Origin: a virus
Strand: one strand, 5' to 3'
Length of the DNA stretch: 64,000 nt
Virus record (IMG/VR): IMGVR_UViG_3300033153_007754
Location: 32,001-96,000 of that record
Shown here in pieces: positions 59,607 to 64,000 of the stretch. The notes under the pieces were generated by a model that was given only the letters and a program-made list of their open reading frames with translations, made no database searches and was not told the origin of the DNA. A program made the position numbers and the translations under genes. How positions within the stretch are numbered: the stretch's first letter is position 1; the number at the start of each line of letters is the position of its first letter.

Positions 59607-60290
59607 TTATTTCTTTTTAGTTATTTTCTTTTTGGTTGTTTTTTTAGTTTTATTAACTGTTTTTGGTTTTGTATTTTTTTTAGATTTAACAGTGACTTTT
59701 ACCACAGCAGTTTTAGATTGTTCGCCATTACTCGAATCGAATCCGATGGTAGTTTTATTGTCATTGGTTACACTATCAATAACCTCATCCAACACACCTT
59801 TTTTTTGTTCTTTTGGGAATAAATAATCTACATTATTATTAACCCTAGTTATAGATTTAACTCTTATAAAATTCAAGTTAAATTTTTCTTTTTTGATATA
59901 AAGGTTTATTAAAGAAAGTTTGTTAATAAAAATAGGTATAAGTGTATATCCACCAATGTCAAGACTTATTAATAAATTTCTTGTGGTTTCTAAATCCAAA
60001 ACCCGTTCTTTTTTGTTTACTTCTGTATATGTTAATTTAATGGCATAGACTTTTCCACCCGAAAATGAAACATATATTTTACGTATGTTTTTGTTCTTGT
60101 TTAAATAGTGTTGTAACTCAGTGGCTACCAATACAGCTCTTTTATCACCACCTAAATAATGAAACCCAACAGCCTCTTTTTCTAAAAGAACTGTGATGAT
60201 TTCTTCCTGAATTTTAAACACACCATATTGATTATCATCTTTTTGTAACACTCTGAATTCTTCACTTCTTAACATATTGTACCCTCTCAA
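59607..60290 (-). CDS. hypothetical protein with Lys/Thr-rich tail
   Basis: 227 aa ORF. Confidence 0.6.
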   Translation of the reverse strand: MRGYNMLRSEEFRVLQKDDNQYGVFKIQEEIITVLLEKEAVGFHYLGGDKRAVLVATELQHYLNKNKNIRKIYVSFSGGKVYAIKLTYTEVNKKERVLDLETTRNLLISLDIGGYTLIPIFINKLSLINLYIKKEKFNLNFIRVKSITRVNNNVDYLFPKEQKKGVLDEVIDSVTNDNKTTIGFDSSNGEQSKTAVVKVTVKSKKNTKPKTVNKTKKTTKKKITKKK

Positions 60291-60363
60291 AATAAAAATT
60301 AATTATATAATGTAAAACATATTTAGTAAAAATATAATAAATAATTTTTTTAGGTAGTATTAA

Positions 60364-61116
60364 ATGTATATTGGCAAAATAAAATATGTTAAAGATAATG
60401 AAATAAGAGTGTTAGTTTATGGTGTTTTTGATGATGATATGCCAACAACAAATTACCCGAAAGCAATATTAACCTCTTCTTTAAATATTAAAAATGGAAT
60501 TGGTATTAATAATAAAATATCGGTAGGTGATAATGTTATTTGTGCATTCTTAAATGGTGATTATTCACAACCAATTATATTAGGTTTCATAAATAACGAA
60601 AATGACACAAAAGAATCTTGGTTTAATTCTAATACTATGGATATTAAAACAAAATCTGGTTATGGGATTTCTATAAGAAATGTTGATGAAAATAAAAATT
60701 TTGATATTGATTTTGATGGTGAAATTAATATTAATAAAACAGATGATAATTATAAAAGTGTTCTTAAGCAATTGAATGATTTAAGGGATATTTTAAATAG
60801 TTTTATTAATAAATACAACACACATAAACATGAAACATTAAATTCACAGGGAATAAAAGGTAAGGCTTTGGGTATGGGCGAAACTACCAACATACAAGGC
60901 GATAAATCTATCCCAGAATTAAATGAAGCTGCCATTCGTGCAGCAATACCAGCCAATTTAGGTATAGACCCAGTAACAGGTTTAACGGCCGTACAAATAG
61001 GCGCAATGTTAGCAATCAATATACCTGAAACAGCTCGAATAATGGCTATATTAAGTGGTGAAACTGAAAGTACTGATGGTGATTATAATGTTGAATTTAA
61101 AAGTAAAAGTAAGTAG
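60364..61116 (+). CDS. baseplate central spike (gp5/gpV OB-fold)
   Basis: IRVLVYGV, VGDNVICAFLNGDYSQPIILG, TKSGY and HKH motifs. Confidence 0.8.
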   Translation: MYIGKIKYVKDNEIRVLVYGVFDDDMPTTNYPKAILTSSLNIKNGIGINNKISVGDNVICAFLNGDYSQPIILGFINNENDTKESWFNSNTMDIKTKSGYGISIRNVDENKNFDIDFDGEININKTDDNYKSVLKQLNDLRDILNSFINKYNTHKHETLNSQGIKGKALGMGETTNIQGDKSIPELNEAAIRAAIPANLGIDPVTGLTAVQIGAMLAINIPETARIMAILSGETESTDGDYNVEFKSKSK

Positions 61117-61121
61117 TAGTT

Positions 61122-61448
61122 TTACTTTTTTTTGAAGTCGTTGATGATTTTATTTATTTCATCAAGTTTTGCTTTAAATTCCTGTTCTATATCTCTTTTT
61201 TCTGAATAACATTCTATCCTATCACCAAAAATCTCAAACTCTAAGTAATCATCATTATTTTCATATTCCAGTTGTATAGAATTTCGATATGTTGGAAAAA
61301 CTTCAAATCCATTTAAATCAGTTATTTTATTTATTGTTTCTTTTGTTTTTACCACGACGTTATTAGTGAAACAAGGTGTTCCATCATCAATCCAAGCATC
61401 ATTTTCTATTCTGAAATCATCAACTACACTTAATAGTTCTTCTAACAT
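61122..61448 (-). CDS. conserved hypothetical phage protein
   Basis: VFPTYRNSIQLEYE...YLEFEI. Confidence 0.65.
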   Translation of the reverse strand: MLEELLSVVDDFRIENDAWIDDGTPCFTNNVVVKTKETINKITDLNGFEVFPTYRNSIQLEYENNDDYLEFEIFGDRIECYSEKRDIEQEFKAKLDEINKIINDFKKK

Positions 61449-61491
61449 TTAAACCTCAAAAAAAATTACAAATTTATTTATTCTTGAATTG

Positions 61492-61533
61492 AAAAAGGGG
61501 ATAAACAACCGAATTGTTATTTACCCCCTTTTT
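61492..61533. terminator. bidirectional terminator-like hairpin
   Basis: AAAAAGGGGATAAACAA..TTGTTATTTACCCCTTTTTT. Confidence 0.6.
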
Positions 61534-61663
61534 ACTAGGAGAATCGTATGATAATGAAACAACCAAAAGAAGAAGTAACCCATCAACATAACTATTATTG
61601 CATTTATTATTATCTTTGTCAAGTTTTTTTTAAATAAATATCTTATATTATCAGGATTTTTTT

Positions 61664-63187
61664 ATGAAGCTAGAAAATATAGAAGAAGAACTAACGTATT
61701 ATAATGGTTTAAATAACTTAAGAGGTATTAAAACTAAAGTAAAGCCACTCACAAAATTACAAAAAGTTAAAACAGCTTTATGTAAACAAAATGTCGAATA
61801 TTTCGCAGAAGAATATTATTACATTGTATCACAGGACAACGGAAGACATAAAATAAAACTAAGAGATTACCAAAAAACTATGATTAAGATGCTGTTGAAT
61901 GAAGACAGAGTTGTTATGAATACGTCAAGACAAATTGGAAAAACTGTTGTGACTGCTATTCCCATACTACATTATGCATTATTTAATGAAGCTAAATTAA
62001 TTGGGATAGCAGGGGATAACTTAGCTACTGCAAAAGAAATTTTAGATAGAATAAAAAGCGCATATATGGAATTACCAATTTGGCTTCAAAAACCTGTCGT
62101 AAAATGGAATGAAAAAGAGGTTAGATTTGCTGATGGCACACGAATATTAGCGCAAGCAACAACGGGTTCAACATTTCGTGGTTTATCTATGAATTGGGTA
62201 TTTGTTGATGAAACAGCTTTTGTCGATGATTTGCTATGGGCTGCCTTTACTGATGCTTTTTTGGCCACTGTTGCTGATAGTGTTACTGCAAAAATAACAT
62301 ACACTTCAACACCAAATGGATACAACCATTTCCATCGAATATGGACTGATGCGGTAAATGGTGTATCCAATTTTAAACCATTTCAGGTGGTTTGGACTGA
62401 TGTAAAAACAAGGAATGAAGCATGGAAAATTAAAACCATGAAAGATATTGATGCAATAGATAAAGAAAGTGCTTTCAGGCAAAACTATTGCGGTGAATTT
62501 ATAACCACTGGAACTACTTTTATTAAACAGGGTATAATAGAAAAGCTATCTTACCTTACAGCTTTAAACGCAGATGATGGCAAAGATTATCTAAACATAT
62601 ATGAAAACCCTCTTAAAAATCATATATATTCAATTGGTGTTGATTTAGGTAAAGGTGTTGGTAAGGATTTTACAACAATACAAATTGTTGATATAACAGA
62701 TGTGGATAATATCAAGTTAGTTCTATCATTCAGGCATAATAATATCGGTAGTATAGAAATAGCACCAATAATTGAATTCTTTTCTGTTTATTATAACAAT
62801 GCATATACATTAGTAGAAAATAACAAATTTGATGTTGCTGATGATTTATTCTATAATTATGGATTTGATAATCTAGTGCATAACAAAGATAATGGTGTTG
62901 CAGGTATATATACAGATAAAAAAACAAAACCTATTATGCTTAATAATCTTAAATATTTAATAACAAATAATAAATTACATATTCCCGATTACCACACTAT
63001 AAACGAATTAGCTCATTTTGTTGTTAAAAATAATGGTTCAATAGAAGCTGATTCAGGTCACCATGATGATACTATTATGGGTTTAGCATTAGCACTATAT
63101 GTTTTAAAATTAGGAGTTGTGGATAATGACCAGGAATCTATAACGAGAGAAGTTAAACAAAAAGCAATTGTATCATTTTTATTATGA
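61664..63187 (+). CDS. terL: terminase large subunit (T4 gp17-like)
   Basis: LRDYQ, SRQIGKT, FVDE, TSTPNG, GVD.GKG...DFT and HHDD.IM motifs. Confidence 0.95.
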   Translation: MKLENIEEELTYYNGLNNLRGIKTKVKPLTKLQKVKTALCKQNVEYFAEEYYYIVSQDNGRHKIKLRDYQKTMIKMLLNEDRVVMNTSRQIGKTVVTAIPILHYALFNEAKLIGIAGDNLATAKEILDRIKSAYMELPIWLQKPVVKWNEKEVRFADGTRILAQATTGSTFRGLSMNWVFVDETAFVDDLLWAAFTDAFLATVADSVTAKITYTSTPNGYNHFHRIWTDAVNGVSNFKPFQVVWTDVKTRNEAWKIKTMKDIDAIDKESAFRQNYCGEFITTGTTFIKQGIIEKLSYLTALNADDGKDYLNIYENPLKNHIYSIGVDLGKGVGKDFTTIQIVDITDVDNIKLVLSFRHNNIGSIEIAPIIEFFSVYYNNAYTLVENNKFDVADDLFYNYGFDNLVHNKDNGVAGIYTDKKTKPIMLNNLKYLITNNKLHIPDYHTINELAHFVVKNNGSIEADSGHHDDTIMGLALALYVLKLGVVDNDQESITREVKQKAIVSFLL

Positions 63188-63193
63188 AAATAA

Positions 63194-63529
63194 TTACTTT
63201 TCTAATTCCCACCAGGTAAATGTATCAATAAGTCTTGTATATTCTTGTTTCACATTTGTTAGTTTTTTATTTTCTATAGAGAATATATATTTTTCAATTT
63301 CACCATTCTGATTCTTTAGTTCCACCAAAAAAGGATTTCCATATCTATTAATATAAACATTTATCACATTTTTTGGCGAAATTCTAAAATGTTTACTAAT
63401 GTACTTCATTAGCTTTTTTTTAGGGATGTCTTTCGGTTTCTGTTGTGACATTGAAATCTCATTCAATGTGGATACCAAATCACCTTCAAGTTCTTCCATT
63501 AAAAAATTATTACAATTTGTATATAACAT
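63194..63529 (-). CDS. hypothetical late protein
   Basis: AGGAG RBS; TAAATA upstream. Confidence 0.6.
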   Translation of the reverse strand: MLYTNCNNFLMEELEGDLVSTLNEISMSQQKPKDIPKKKLMKYISKHFRISPKNVINVYINRYGNPFLVELKNQNGEIEKYIFSIENKKLTNVKQEYTRLIDTFTWWELEK

Positions 63530-63580
63530 TTTTCACTCCTATCTAACATAAGTCATTAATATATTTATGTTTTGTGTTTT

Positions 63581-63655
63581 TTCCATTGGTGGTTTTACCA
63601 TAGATGGGTTTTCCACCTATGGTTTTTCTATTGGTGGTTTTACCGTTTATGGTAA
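63581..63655. repeat. five tandem 15-bp quasi-palindromic repeats (iteron/operator-like)
   Basis: ttccattggtggttt / taccatagatgggtt / ttccacctatggttt / ttctattggtggttt / taccgtttatggtaa. Confidence 0.8.
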
Positions 63656-63670
63656 AAATAAATAAAACAC

Positions 63671-63699
63671 TTGACATTCACTCAAAAATTGTGTACAAT
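63671..63699 (+). promoter_or_regulatory. sigma70-type promoter
   Basis: TTGACA-17-TACAAT. Confidence 0.7.
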
Positions 63700-63732
63700 C
63701 TTTTTGTTGGTGTGTGTTTTTAGGAGAGAGAT

Positions 63733-64000
63733 ATGTCATTAATTAACAATAATATAACAGATAATTCATATTTGATTGACGCTGAATTAAGTCTTAAAGC
63801 AAAAGGATTATTAGGGATTTTAATTAATTTCTCTGGTGAAAACCTTAATATGGAAGACATCAAGGGTTACACCGATAGTGGGGTAACCCAAATAAAAAAC
63901 ACACTGAAAGAATTAAAAAAAGTAGGATATTTATTATCCAATAAAATAAGAAATAAAAAAGGTCGTGTAGATTTTATTTTTAAATTAGAAAATAAAACAC
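63733..64000 (+). CDS. winged-HTH phage replication-initiator-like protein, partial
   Basis: DAELSLKAKGLLGIL...SG...IKNTLKELKKVGYL...RNKKGR; AGGAG RBS. Confidence 0.75.
   Translation, partial: MSLINNNITDNSYLIDAELSLKAKGLLGILINFSGENLNMEDIKGYTDSGVTQIKNTLKELKKVGYLLSNKIRNKKGRVDFIFKLENKT

Noticed and set aside
4093-62927. Numerous short antisense or overlapping ORFs in the ORF track (e.g. 4093-4344, 21262-21675, 27944-28456, 58945-59391)
   Set aside because: They are shadows of well-supported genes on the opposite strand or frame, without RBS or motifs.
63581-63655. CRISPR array to partner the TnpB/Cas12f-like nuclease
   Set aside because: The repeats are contiguous degenerate 15-mers with no spacers. 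I saw no repeat-spacer array anywhere in the window, and the tnpA remnant indicates an IS origin.

Overview
A very AT-rich 64 kb segment of a large T4-like myovirus genome (a prophage or host DNA is not evident). It has recognisable homologues of T4 core genes: terminase gp17, prohead protease gp21, gp4, gp5, gp6, gp15, gp19/54-like, gp25, gp26, gp53, primase gp61, gp32, gp44, gp45, and a family B DNA polymerase split into two separate genes. These are scrambled across both strands and interleaved with auxiliary genes: class II RNR with a mini-intein, ThyX, an RdgB/ITPase fusion, two orphan DNA methyltransferases, a radical SAM enzyme, amidase, SLT, DHH phosphoesterase and a bacterial-type beta clamp. 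A non-autonomous IS607-type tnpB element is also present. Most notable: (1) a truncated, catalytically degenerate paralogue of the terminase ATPase, and possibly one of the polymerase; (2) unusual substitutions in the polymerase nucleotide-binding pocket; (3) two kinds of sliding clamp; (4) a recurring early promoter plus 5' hairpin module, whose promoter also precedes tnpB; (5) palindromic candidate bidirectional late promoters; (6) a 15-bp iteron-like array next to a Rep-like HTH gene; (7) apparent strong GATC avoidance. All assignments come from motif recognition by eye, without database searches.
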